NCBI GenBank assembly: GCA_046598045.1
Contig: JBKJJJ010000130.1
Coordinates: forward strand, 1-24,709
Reading direction: 5' to 3'
Length of the DNA: 24,709 bases
Source of the DNA: Candidatus Eiseniibacteriota bacterium
Lineage (GTDB): Bacteria > Eisenbacteria > RBG-16-71-46 > DASYSL01
The notes beneath the pieces were generated by a model. It saw only the letters and a program-made list of their open reading frames with translations, did not search any database and had not been told where the DNA came from. Numbering within the stretch: the stretch's first letter is position 1; each line of letters opens with the position of its first letter. This document shows positions 8,750 through 17,837 of the stretch, in pieces. Both the position numbers and the translations under genes were made by a program.

Positions 8750-10996
8750 ATGTCGGCCGCCACGCCCGAAACCCGGAGCCACGGGATGCTCTCCCGGCTG
8801 GCCGAGGTCGCGTTCGCGTGCGCGCGCTCGAACGACCTGCCCGCGCTCGTCCACGCCGCGGCCGAAACCTGCCGCGAGGTGGTCACAGGCGCAGAGTCCT
8901 GTTTCCTCGCCGTCGACGAGGAGAGCGGCGCGCTCGCGCTCGGCGCGCCCGGCGGTGGCGGGGCGGTCGTGCTGCCCGCGCCCGGCGGCGTGCTGGAATG
9001 GATGCTCGTCCACGAGGCCCCGGTGCGCGCTCAGGCCGGGCGCGCGGGCGATCCCACGCTCGAGACCGCGCTGTGGTCCCAAGGCGACCCGGCAGAGGTG
9101 CTGGCATGGCCGCTGCACGCGGGCGACCGGTTGCGCGGCATCCTGCTCGTGGCGCTCGCCGGCGAAGCCGCTCCGGACAGCATGGGCGAGTCCATCGCGC
9201 GCATCGCCTGCGACCAGCTCGCGCTCGCGCTCGAACGCCACGCGCTCACGGCGGCGCACTCGCGCCAATCGCAGGCGATGGCTCAGCTCGAGGAGCGCGC
9301 CCAGGCCGGCGAGGCGCTGTTCTCGGAGCTGATCGCGGTCGTGGCGCACGAGATCCGCACGCCGCTGACCTCGATCAAGGCCTACACCGAGAGCCTGATC
9401 GATGCGCCCGATACGGCGTTCGAGCAGCGCCGCTCGTTCCTCACGGTGATCGACGAGGAGTGCGATCGCCTCGCGCGCCTGGTGTCGGACGCGCTCGACC
9501 TCTCGCGTCTCGAAGCGGGCCACCGCGCGCTCAAGCTCAAGTCGATGACGCCCGAGGCGTTCGTGTCCGACCTCATGAGCACGGTCGAGCCCGGGGCCGC
9601 GCGCCATGGCGTGCGGCTGCTGACCGATCTCGGCCCGGGCCTCGGCGCGTTCGAGGGCGACCCGGACCTGCTCAAGCAGCTGGCGCTCAACCTGCTCGGG
9701 AACGCGCTCAAGTTCTCGCCGAAAGGCGCGCCCGTGACGATGCGCGCACGCGCGCTCGAGGGCGACTGGCAGCTCGATGTCATCGACGCGGGCGTCGGCA
9801 TTCCCGAGGACCAGCTCGATCGCGTGTTCGAGCGTTTCTATCGGGTCGAACTCAAGGGCGGGCGCCGTGTGCCGGGCACCGGGCTCGGGCTCGCGATCGC
9901 GCGCCACATCGTGGAGCTGCATGGCGGCCGCATCTGGGCGGAGAGTGCGCCCGGGGGCGGTTCGATCTTCTCGGTGCGCCTGCCGGTGCGCCAGCTCGCC
10001 CCGGATTCCGTGTGCATGGTCGCGCGCTCGCTCGCCGGACGCGACGACGTGCAGCGCCTGCTGACGGCCGCGGTCGGGATGGTCGGCGACGTCATGGCGG
10101 CGGAGATCGTGTCGGTGCTGCTGGTCGATCCGGAAGTCCGCGACCTCGTGGTCACCGCTTCGCGCGGGCTCGACGAGTCGGTGCACGCGCGTCACGTGCC
10201 ATACCGCGGGGGGGTCGCGGGCGCGGCGATCCGCGCGGGGCAGGCGCTGCTGGTCAACGACGTCGAGACCGACCGCCGCATCCACAAGAAGAGCCATCCG
10301 CAGTACTTCACGAAGTCGCTGCTGTGCGCGCCGATCCAGGTCGCGGGTGAGACGATCGGGGTGATCAACGTCAACAACAAGGCCTCGCGCGCGGAGTTCG
10401 ACGAGGCTGACCGCGTGTTGCTGGATACGCTGGTCGAGCGCCTCGCCGCCATGCTGCAGCGCGCGCACGCCTATCCGGACGCGCCGGGCATCGTCGACGA
10501 AGCGTGCGAGTCGCTGCGGGCCGTCGCGCGCACGCGCCGCGACCTGCTCGCGGGCCGCCGCGAGCTGGCGCGCTGCGCGTTCGAGATCGCGCGCCGCCTG
10601 GGACTCGATCCCGCGGAGGGCACGCGCGTCGCGCTGCTCGCGGGTGCCGGTCCCGAGCAGGGCCACGACGCATGGGTGTCGGATCCCATCGATGCCGCCG
10701 AGGTGGCTGCCCGTTCGGCGATCCTGGTGGCGCGCGGCGAGCGCATGGACGGCGGTGGATGGCCGCGCGGGCTCGCGGGCAGGGCGATCCCGATGGGGGC
10801 GCGCATCCTCGGCGTGCTCGATGGCTTCGAGGCCCTGACCGGCGGACGCGCCTATCGCGCTGCGTACCCGGTCGAGGCCGCGCTGGCGTCCCTCGACGCT
10901 TCCGCCGGGCGCGCCTGGGACCCGCAGGTCCTCGCCGCGCTGCGCGCGACGCTCGAGCAGGACGGCCGTCTCGACGGCCAGCGCGAGGTGGCCTGA
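8750..10996 (+). CDS. Soluble histidine kinase: GAF-like, HisKA, HATPase, GAF, degenerate HD-GYP
   Basis: H-box '[12 protein letters not shown]', N-box '[10 protein letters not shown]', G1 'DAGVGIP', G2 'GTGLGL'. GAF '[23 protein letters not shown]'. C-terminal '[40 protein letters not shown]...WDPQV'. No TM helices evident. Confidence 0.9.
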   Translation: MSAATPETRSHGMLSRLAEVAFACARSNDLPALVHAAAETCREVVTGAESCFLAVDEESGALALGAPGGGGAVVLPAPGGVLEWMLVHEAPVRAQAGRAGDPTLETALWSQGDPAEVLAWPLHAGDRLRGILLVALAGEAAPDSMGESIARIACDQLALALERHALTAAHSRQSQAMAQLEERAQAGEALFSELIAVVAHEIRTPLTSIKAYTESLIDAPDTAFEQRRSFLTVIDEECDRLARLVSDALDLSRLEAGHRALKLKSMTPEAFVSDLMSTVEPGAARHGVRLLTDLGPGLGAFEGDPDLLKQLALNLLGNALKFSPKGAPVTMRARALEGDWQLDVIDAGVGIPEDQLDRVFERFYRVELKGGRRVPGTGLGLAIARHIVELHGGRIWAESAPGGGSIFSVRLPVRQLAPDSVCMVARSLAGRDDVQRLLTAAVGMVGDVMAAEIVSVLLVDPEVRDLVVTASRGLDESVHARHVPYRGGVAGAAIRAGQALLVNDVETDRRIHKKSHPQYFTKSLLCAPIQVAGETIGVINVNNKASRAEFDEADRVLLDTLVERLAAMLQRAHAYPDAPGIVDEACESLRAVARTRRDLLAGRRELARCAFEIARRLGLDPAEGTRVALLAGAGPEQGHDAWVSDPIDAAEVAARSAILVARGERMDGGGWPRGLAGRAIPMGARILGVLDGFEALTGGRAYRAAYPVEAALASLDASAGRAWDPQVLAALRATLEQDGRLDGQREVA

Positions 10997-13452
10997 TGGG
11001 CCGCACCGCCCGGCCGCGCGGGATGCGCGGCGGCTCGGTCAAGTCGACCTGGAGCGAGATGCAGCAGTTGCGCAACCGCGTGCGCGACCTCGAGTCGATG
11101 CGCGAGCGCCTGTCGCGCCTGTACTTCAGCCAGGTCGAGAGCGGCAAGGCGCGCATGGAAAAGCTGCACCGCATCCTCGAGGTCGTCACGCGGCTCAATT
11201 CGAGCCTCGACATCGACGCGCTGCTGTCCCAGATCGTGGGCGCGGTCCAGAAGAGCCTCGGGTTCCGCATCGTGCTCCTGCGCATCCTCGATCCGGAGAC
11301 CATGTCGCTGCGCGCGCGCGCGTTCGCCGGGCTCTCGGACCTGGCGATCCGCCAGCTCGAGCAGCAGGATGTCGAGCTCGGCACGTTCCTGTCCTGGCTC
11401 GACGACGAGCTGCGCGTCAGCCGCTCGTACTTCATCAGTCACAAGCACACATTCTCGCGCCGTCTCCCCGGGGGCGTGGTGCACGACCTGGGCGCGCGCG
11501 AGGACTTCGAGTGGCACGAGGAGGACGTGCTGTTCGTGCCGCTCTACACGCGCGACGGCGAACTCATGGCCTACCTCTCGGTGGACGATCCCGTGGACCG
11601 GCTGGTGCCGAGCCGCGAGACCATCGAGATGCTCGAGATCTTCGGCAACCACGTCGTGGTCGCGCTCGAGAACGCTCGCCTGGTGCAGACGCTCGCCGCG
11701 CACACCCGCGACCTCGAGGCCGCGAACCGGCGCATGGGCGAGGTCAACCAGCTCAAGTCCTCGTTCCTGTCCGCGGTCTCGCACGAATTGCGCACGCCCC
11801 TGACCTCGATTCGCGCCTATCTCGACAGCCTGCGCGACGAACTGGCCGAGCGCGCGGGGGTCGAAGCCCCGCTGCGCTTCGTCGGGATCCTCGAGGAGGA
11901 GTCCCGCCGGCTGAACGACCTGATCGACTCGGTGCTCTCCTTCAGCCAGATCGAGCGCGGCAGTAACCCGATGGAATTCAGGCCCTTGGACGCGCGCGAG
12001 CCCGTGCGGATCGCGGCCGATGCGCTGCGCCCGCTGGCCGAGGCCAAGAAGGTTTCGCTTCAGACCGACGTTCCGGGTGCCGACATCAGGATCGAGGCGG
12101 ACCTCGAGCTCCTGAAGCAATTGCTGCTCCATTTGGGCGGCAATGCGGTCAAGTTCACCGCCCCCGGGGGACGCGTCCGGATCGCCGTGCACGACGACGG
12201 CGGCCAGGGCCTGGTCCTGACGGTCAGCGACAGCGGGATCGGCATCCCGGAGGACCAGCTCGACCGCATCTTCGAGCGCTTCTACCAGGTCGACCAGAGC
12301 CTGGTCAGGCGCTTCGGGGGCACCGGGCTCGGTCTCGCGCTGTGCAAGTCGATCGTCGAGGTGCACGGCGGCCGCATCACCGTCGAGTCGGCGGTGGGAG
12401 AAGGATCAACGTTCACGGTGCGGCTGCCGCACCATGCGCCTCGGAAGGCGCACGGGACGGCAACGGCTGCGGGCGGGGCGGGACAGGACGCCGACGAGGC
12501 ACTCCGGCTCCAACTCGCGGTGACCGCAAGCGTGCTGGGCGTCGACCGGGTCGCCCTGCTCGCACCTGCGGGGGCTCACGAGCTTCGGCTGCGTGCCTCG
12601 GTCGGCTTGCCCGACCGCGCGACGCGGGACGAGTTCGTGGCGGCCGATCGCGGGCTGGCGGGCTGGGTGATGACGCGTGGCGAACCGTTCGTCAGCCCCG
12701 AACCCGAGTCGGACCCGAGGCTCGGCGGGGAGTGGTATCGCCCGCTCGGCGCGGGACCGGCGGCTGCGGTGCCGGTGAGCTTCGAGGGCCGCGTGATCGG
12801 CGTCCTGGCGGCGGCGTTCGCGGTCGAGCCGGAGGCGGGCGTGGTCGAGCTGATGCGGGGTTTCGGCGAGCAGGTCGGCGGCGTGCTCGCCCAGGCGATC
12901 CGCGCGGCGGAGAGCCAGGAAGCGCTGGCCCAGGCCTCGGAGGCGCTGCGCGGGGAAGTCACCCGGCTGTCCATCGGCCGGGCGGCGAGTTCGGACCGCT
13001 TGCAGCTGGCCAGGCGGGTTGCAGAGGCGATGGGACTCGATGGCGGGTCCGCTGCCTGCGTCGCCTGGGCGGCCGCGCTCGGGGCGACCGAATCGGCGCT
13101 GGCGTCTCACGACGCGGGCGCAGCGGAGAAACGGCCCGAGTCCGTGCGCCTGATCCTGGCGCACCGGCACGAGCGGGTGGACGGCGCCGGGACGCCTCTG
13201 GGCCTGGTGGGCGACGAGATCGAAATCGGCGCGCGGATTCTCTCCGTGGTCGACGCCTTCGAGACCGCGCTGCGGCCCGGGCCGGGTGCGGACGACCGCG
13301 GAGTTGCCGGCCGGATCGAGGAGCTGAGGACGAGGGCGGGGCGCGAGTTCGACCCGATGGTCGTCGAGGCGCTGGTTCTCGTGGGGGTCGAGGAAGGGTG
13401 GCTCGACCGCGGATGGGCCCTGGGCCCCTCCGATGCCGCGGAAGCGGCGTGA
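10996..13452 (+). CDS. Soluble histidine kinase: coiled coil, GAF, HisKA, HATPase, GAF, degenerate HD-GYP
   Basis: ATG overlaps the upstream stop (TGATG). 'SHELRTPLTSIR', 'GNAVKFT', 'DSGIGIP', 'GGTGLGL'. C-terminal 'HRHERVDGAGTPLGLVGDEIEIGARILSVVDAF...GREFDPMVVEAL'. Confidence 0.9.
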   Translation: MGRTARPRGMRGGSVKSTWSEMQQLRNRVRDLESMRERLSRLYFSQVESGKARMEKLHRILEVVTRLNSSLDIDALLSQIVGAVQKSLGFRIVLLRILDPETMSLRARAFAGLSDLAIRQLEQQDVELGTFLSWLDDELRVSRSYFISHKHTFSRRLPGGVVHDLGAREDFEWHEEDVLFVPLYTRDGELMAYLSVDDPVDRLVPSRETIEMLEIFGNHVVVALENARLVQTLAAHTRDLEAANRRMGEVNQLKSSFLSAVSHELRTPLTSIRAYLDSLRDELAERAGVEAPLRFVGILEEESRRLNDLIDSVLSFSQIERGSNPMEFRPLDAREPVRIAADALRPLAEAKKVSLQTDVPGADIRIEADLELLKQLLLHLGGNAVKFTAPGGRVRIAVHDDGGQGLVLTVSDSGIGIPEDQLDRIFERFYQVDQSLVRRFGGTGLGLALCKSIVEVHGGRITVESAVGEGSTFTVRLPHHAPRKAHGTATAAGGAGQDADEALRLQLAVTASVLGVDRVALLAPAGAHELRLRASVGLPDRATRDEFVAADRGLAGWVMTRGEPFVSPEPESDPRLGGEWYRPLGAGPAAAVPVSFEGRVIGVLAAAFAVEPEAGVVELMRGFGEQVGGVLAQAIRAAESQEALAQASEALRGEVTRLSIGRAASSDRLQLARRVAEAMGLDGGSAACVAWAAALGATESALASHDAGAAEKRPESVRLILAHRHERVDGAGTPLGLVGDEIEIGARILSVVDAFETALRPGPGADDRGVAGRIEELRTRAGREFDPMVVEALVLVGVEEGWLDRGWALGPSDAAEAA

Positions 13453-13486
13453 TTCCATCCACGCATCGAACAGGGAGGTGAAGCGC

Positions 13487-13888
13487 GTGGCCAAGGGCAG
13501 AATCCTGGTCGTCGATGACGAGATCTACATCGTGCACATTCTCGACTTCTCGCTCGGGATGGAGGGGTACGAGGTGACGACTGCGCTCGACGGGGAGCAA
13601 GCCCTCGAACGCGTCGCCGAACAGAAGCCCGACCTGATCGTGCTCGACATCATGATGCCGAAGCTCGACGGGTACGAGACCTGCAAGGTGCTCAAGAGCC
13701 GTGAGGAGACGAAGGACATCCCCGTCATCCTGCTGTCGGCGAAGGGGCGCAACGTGGACCAGAAGACCGGGTTCGAGGTCGGCGCGGACGATTACATCAC
13801 GAAGCCGTTCTCGCCGCGCAAGCTGGTCGAACGCATCAACGCGATCCTCGGGCAGTCGACCCGTGCGGACGTGGAGCAGGCTTCCTGA
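13487..13888 (+). CDS. Single-domain response regulator (receiver only)
   Basis: GGGAGGTG RBS and GTG start. 'ILVVDDE', 'VLDIMMP', 'LSA', 'KPF'; ends shortly after the REC domain. Confidence 0.93.
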   Translation: MAKGRILVVDDEIYIVHILDFSLGMEGYEVTTALDGEQALERVAEQKPDLIVLDIMMPKLDGYETCKVLKSREETKDIPVILLSAKGRNVDQKTGFEVGADDYITKPFSPRKLVERINAILGQSTRADVEQAS

Positions 13889-14040
13889 CGACCTGACGCC
13901 GGCCGCCGCGCTCGCGGATCGCAGCCGGCGTCGAGGCACGCGCGTCCCCCGCGCGTGACCCGCAAGTCCACCGCCCGTGTTAGTCTCCGGGCGTTCCGCG
14001 GCCCGCGCGCCGCATGCCACCTCCTTAGCCCGAGTTCGCC

Positions 14041-16197
14041 GTGCCCTTCGTCCGGGTCGCTTTCCCCGTGCCCCTGCGCCAGACGTTCGTGTACTCCGTC
14101 CCCGAGGCGATGCGGGAGTTCGCCGCGCCCGGCGCCGAAGTGCGCTGCCCGTTCGGGGCGCGCGAGCGCCGCGGCTTCATCGTCGAGCGTTGCGCCACCG
14201 CCGAGCGCTCCGGCATCAAGCCGATCGCGGGCGTCGTCGGCGACACGCCCGTGTTCTCCCCCGACCTGATGCGGCTCTGCCTGTGGATCGCCGACTACTA
14301 CCTCGCGCCGATCGGCCGCGTGCTCACGGGCGCGCTGCCCGGCGGGCTCGACGGCTTCGGCGGCAGCCGCGCGCGCAAGGGGGCCAAGAGCGGCGCCGCG
14401 GCCGAGGCCCCGGTCGTCGCCGCCACCGCGCAGGGCGACGGCGCGCCGAGGGTCAAGCTCACCGGCGCCCAGCGCGCGGCGGTCGACGAGATCGAGGGGG
14501 CGATGGGCGCGGGCGCGTACGCGGGTTTCCTGCTCCACGGCGTGACCGGCAGCGGCAAGACCGAGGTCTACCTGGAGATCGCGAACGCCTGTCGCCGAGC
14601 CGGCCGCCGCACCCTCGTGCTCGTGCCCGAGATCGCGCTCGCCCACCAGGTCGTGGCCGCGTTCCGCTCGCGCTTCGGCGACCGCGTCGGCGTGCTGCAC
14701 TCGTATCTGTCGGTCGGCGACCGGCGCGCGAGCTGGCAGCGCGCGCGCCAGGGCGGCGTGGACGTGATCGTGGGCGCGCGCTCGGCGGTGTTCGCGCCGC
14801 TCCCCGCGCTCGGCCTCGTGATCGTCGACGAGGAGCACGACGCGGCCTACAAGCAGAGCGAGCAGATCCGCTACCACGGCCGCGACACCGCGCTCGTGCG
14901 CGCGCGGCTGACCAACGCGATCGCGGTGCTCGGCTCGGCGACGCCGAGCCTCGAGTCGTTCGTCAACGCCGAGCGCGGTAAACTGCGCAAACTCTCCTTG
15001 CCCGAGCGCATCGACGGGCGCCCCTTGCCCATGGTCGAGATCGTGGACCTGAACGAGACGCGCGCCGAAACCGCGCCCACGCCCGAGGCGTCGACCACCG
15101 CCCCGACCGCGACCCCGACCTCGGCGCCCGCGGCCGCGCGCAAGAAGGGCGGCGCGCTGTTCACGCCCGCGCTGCTCGACGGGCTCGCCTCGGCGCTCAC
15201 GCGCGGAGACCAGGCGTTGGTGTTCCTCAATCGCCGCGGCCACACCCGCGTGGTCGAGTGCGAGGACTGCGGGTACGTCGGGCGCTGTCCCGCGTGCGAT
15301 GTATCGTTGACCTATCATTCGAGCGACGAGACGTTCCGTTGCCACTACTGCGACCACCAGGTCTCGGCGCTCGGCGCGTGTCCCCAGTGCGCGAGCCCGT
15401 TCTTCCGCCACAAGGGCTCGGGCACGCAGCGCGCGGAGAAGGAACTCGCCCGCCACTTCCCCGCCGCACGCATCCTGCGCCTCGACTCCGACAGCGCGAA
15501 ACCCAGGGGCGCGCAGGCCGCGATCCTCTCCGCGTTCGGCCGGCGCGAGGCCGACGTGCTCCTGGGCACGCAGATGATCGCGAAGGGGCTCGACTTCCAC
15601 GGCGTGACCTTCGTCGGCGTGGTGTCGGCCGACGGCTCGCTCCACATGCCCGACTTCCGCGCCGGCGAGCGCACGTTCCAGACGCTCGTCCAGGTTGCCG
15701 GCCGCGCGGGCCGCGGCAAGCTGCCCGGGCGCGTGATCGTGCAGACCCGCGCGCCCGAGCACCCGGCGCTGGTGTGCGCGCAGGCGCACGACTTTGCGGG
15801 CTTCGCGGCGCGCGAGTCGCAGTTTCGCCAGGACCTCGGCTACCCGCCGTTCGGGCGGCTGGTCGCGCTCACGCTCTCGGCCGAGGATGAGGACAAGGTG
15901 ATCGCCGCCGCCGCGCGCGTGGCCGATATCGTGCGCGACGCGCGCGCCGACTACGAGCAGCTCGCGAAGGAGCGCGGCGCCGCGCCCGAAGGCGCGCTCG
16001 ACCTGCTCGGCCCCGCGCCCTCGCCGCTGGCCCGCCTGCGCGGGCGCCACCGCTGGCGGCTCACGCTGAAGGACCGCGACACGCGCCGCCTGCACGCGGT
16101 CGCGCGCCGCGCGCTCGAGGTGATCGAGAGCGCCGAGGGAAGGCTGGCGCCGGGGGTGCAGCTGGCGGTCGACGTGGATCCTTACGACGTCCTGTAA
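14041..16197 (+). CDS. priA: Primosomal protein N' (replication restart helicase PriA)
   Basis: 3'-binding domain 'TFVYSVP...PFG', Walker A 'GVTGSGKT', 'DEEHD', 'SATPS', four CxxC Zn motifs, 'GTQMIAKGLDF', 'QVAGRAGR', and C-terminal 'DVDP'. Confidence 0.97.
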   Translation: MPFVRVAFPVPLRQTFVYSVPEAMREFAAPGAEVRCPFGARERRGFIVERCATAERSGIKPIAGVVGDTPVFSPDLMRLCLWIADYYLAPIGRVLTGALPGGLDGFGGSRARKGAKSGAAAEAPVVAATAQGDGAPRVKLTGAQRAAVDEIEGAMGAGAYAGFLLHGVTGSGKTEVYLEIANACRRAGRRTLVLVPEIALAHQVVAAFRSRFGDRVGVLHSYLSVGDRRASWQRARQGGVDVIVGARSAVFAPLPALGLVIVDEEHDAAYKQSEQIRYHGRDTALVRARLTNAIAVLGSATPSLESFVNAERGKLRKLSLPERIDGRPLPMVEIVDLNETRAETAPTPEASTTAPTATPTSAPAAARKKGGALFTPALLDGLASALTRGDQALVFLNRRGHTRVVECEDCGYVGRCPACDVSLTYHSSDETFRCHYCDHQVSALGACPQCASPFFRHKGSGTQRAEKELARHFPAARILRLDSDSAKPRGAQAAILSAFGRREADVLLGTQMIAKGLDFHGVTFVGVVSADGSLHMPDFRAGERTFQTLVQVAGRAGRGKLPGRVIVQTRAPEHPALVCAQAHDFAGFAARESQFRQDLGYPPFGRLVALTLSAEDEDKVIAAAARVADIVRDARADYEQLAKERGAAPEGALDLLGPAPSPLARLRGRHRWRLTLKDRDTRRLHAVARRALEVIESAEGRLAPGVQLAVDVDPYDVL

Positions 16198-17547
16198 CTA
16201 CTCCGGCAATGCCGCCGCCTCCCGTATCCTCTCCTCGAGCGCCCCGAACCCCGGCACCAGCATTTGCGCCGCGCAACCCAGCGCGAGCAGCGCGCCCGCG
16301 ACCGACACCACGATCCACGGCGGCGCCGCCGCCGCGATCCATCCCGCGATCACGGTCCCGACCGGGAACGCGCTCTGCGCCAGGAAGCGCCTTACCGAGA
16401 GCGCGCGCGCCAGCAGGTGGGGCGGCGTCAGGCTCTGCCAGAGTGTGAACGACGCGGTGTTGAGCGGCGTGACCATGAACTCGCTCACGAACAGCGCCGC
16501 GGCGAACGCAAACACGCTGGTCGACAGGCCGACCAGCACCTGCCCGACGCCCATCCCGAGCAGCAGGGAGATCATGAGCGTCGTCTTCTTCACGCCGCGA
16601 AAGCCCACGACCCCGAGCACGACCCCGCCCAACACCGCGCCCAGCCCGCCGACCGCGTTGACGAGCGCGAGCGCCGCCTCGAACGACAGCCCATGGAGAG
16701 CGCGGTCGGCCGCGAGCCGGTCGCGCACGAGCAGCGGCATGAGCAGCATCAGCGGCGCGAACGTGAGGTTGACCAGCGAGCCGTTCGCGGTCAGCCAGAG
16801 GAACGGGCGGCGGCTGACCATCCAGCGGAAGCCGGCGCGCACGTCGCCCCACAGGCTCGTGGGCGCGGCCGAGCTGCGCGGCGGCAGCGGCGGAAAGCGC
16901 AGCGCGGTCACGACCGCCGCCGCCAGCAGGAACGAAAGCCCGTCCGCCGCGAACGCGAACGGCACGCCCGAGGCCATCCACGTCGGCAGCCGGTCCGCTC
17001 CGCCGAGCAGCGCGGGCAGCCCGATCAGCGTCGCGGCCAAAGGCGGCGCGAGCAGCTGCGACAGGCCGAACGAGGTCATCATCATCGCGTTCGCTCGCGG
17101 CAGGCGCGCCGGCGGCACGAGCAGCCCGTACCCGCTGTCGAACGCCGCGCCGTGGAACGCGCCCGCGAACGCGTAGCCCGCGAGCAGGAAGACGGCAATC
17201 GGCAGCGACAGCCGGTGCGCGAGCAGCAGCGCGACGATCGCGGCGCTGAGCGCGGCGAGCACGAGGTTCGACCGCTGGAGGATCCTGCGCCGATCGTGCC
17301 GGTCGGCGAACGCGCCGGCGAGCGGCATGCCGAAGATCAGGGGCGCGGTCATCGCCACGCCGGTCGCGGTCAGCGCGAGCGCGAGCGCCGGCCTCTGGGA
17401 CGGCAGGGGATAGAGGTCGCGCACCAGCCAGACGTTGACCGCGAACTGGCTGACGAACGACCCGAAGAGCGACAGCGTCTGGGACGCCCAGAGGACGAGG
17501 AACTTGCGAAAGTCGGGCGCGGGCGGGGCGGCGGAGTCGTTCAGCAC
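16198..17547 (-). CDS. MFS transporter (DHA3 / macrolide-efflux-like family)
   Basis: AGGAGG RBS; 'FLVLWASQTLSLFGS', 'AGAFADRHDRRRIL', 'LVPPARLPRAN', 'ADGLSFL'; about 12 hydrophobic segments. Confidence 0.88.
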   Translation of the reverse strand: MLNDSAAPPAPDFRKFLVLWASQTLSLFGSFVSQFAVNVWLVRDLYPLPSQRPALALALTATGVAMTAPLIFGMPLAGAFADRHDRRRILQRSNLVLAALSAAIVALLLAHRLSLPIAVFLLAGYAFAGAFHGAAFDSGYGLLVPPARLPRANAMMMTSFGLSQLLAPPLAATLIGLPALLGGADRLPTWMASGVPFAFAADGLSFLLAAAVVTALRFPPLPPRSSAAPTSLWGDVRAGFRWMVSRRPFLWLTANGSLVNLTFAPLMLLMPLLVRDRLAADRALHGLSFEAALALVNAVGGLGAVLGGVVLGVVGFRGVKKTTLMISLLLGMGVGQVLVGLSTSVFAFAAALFVSEFMVTPLNTASFTLWQSLTPPHLLARALSVRRFLAQSAFPVGTVIAGWIAAAAPPWIVVSVAGALLALGCAAQMLVPGFGALEERIREAAALPE

Positions 17548-17641
17548 CGGGCCTCCTGGATCGTGCGCGCGACGACACAGTGTGGCGCGCGCGCGACGAT
17601 GCCCGTGCGCGCGGGTGGCGCGGCGGACGTGAACACGGCCC

Positions 17642-17671
17642 TTGACACCCTTTTGTCACCGGGCCTAGGCT
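17642..17671 (+). promoter_or_regulatory. Sigma70-type promoter of the TPR gene with an overlapping palindrome
   Basis: TTGACA-N18-TAGGCT. An inverted repeat TGACA-N6-TGTCA at 17643-17658 overlaps the -35. Confidence 0.65.
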
Positions 17672-17837
17672 GCCAACCGCAAACGCGCATGCCAGTTACG
17701 AATCGGAGGCCGGCGAGCGGCCGGGGGCTGCCAGCCTCCGGCCGCCGCCTGTTTCCACAGGCACGGGCTTTGCGGTATGAGTTGCACCAGCGGGCTCGCC
17801 CGCATTCGGGAGCGGCCCCCAACAAGGAGATGCCAAC

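Noticed and set aside
1450..16095. Very long antisense or alternate-frame ORFs (e.g. 1450..2772-, 4408..6480+, 8732..10666-, 13792..16095-)
   Set aside because: They are shadows of real high-GC genes (few stops in off-frames), with Arg/Ala/Gly-rich translations, no motifs and no RBS.
17740..17790. Minus-strand GCAAAGCC and GGAA-loop hairpin as a c-di-GMP riboswitch for the MFS gene
   Set aside because: The required upstream GGCAAA...GAAA...GAC elements are absent. The pairing is reported instead as an unclassified structured leader.
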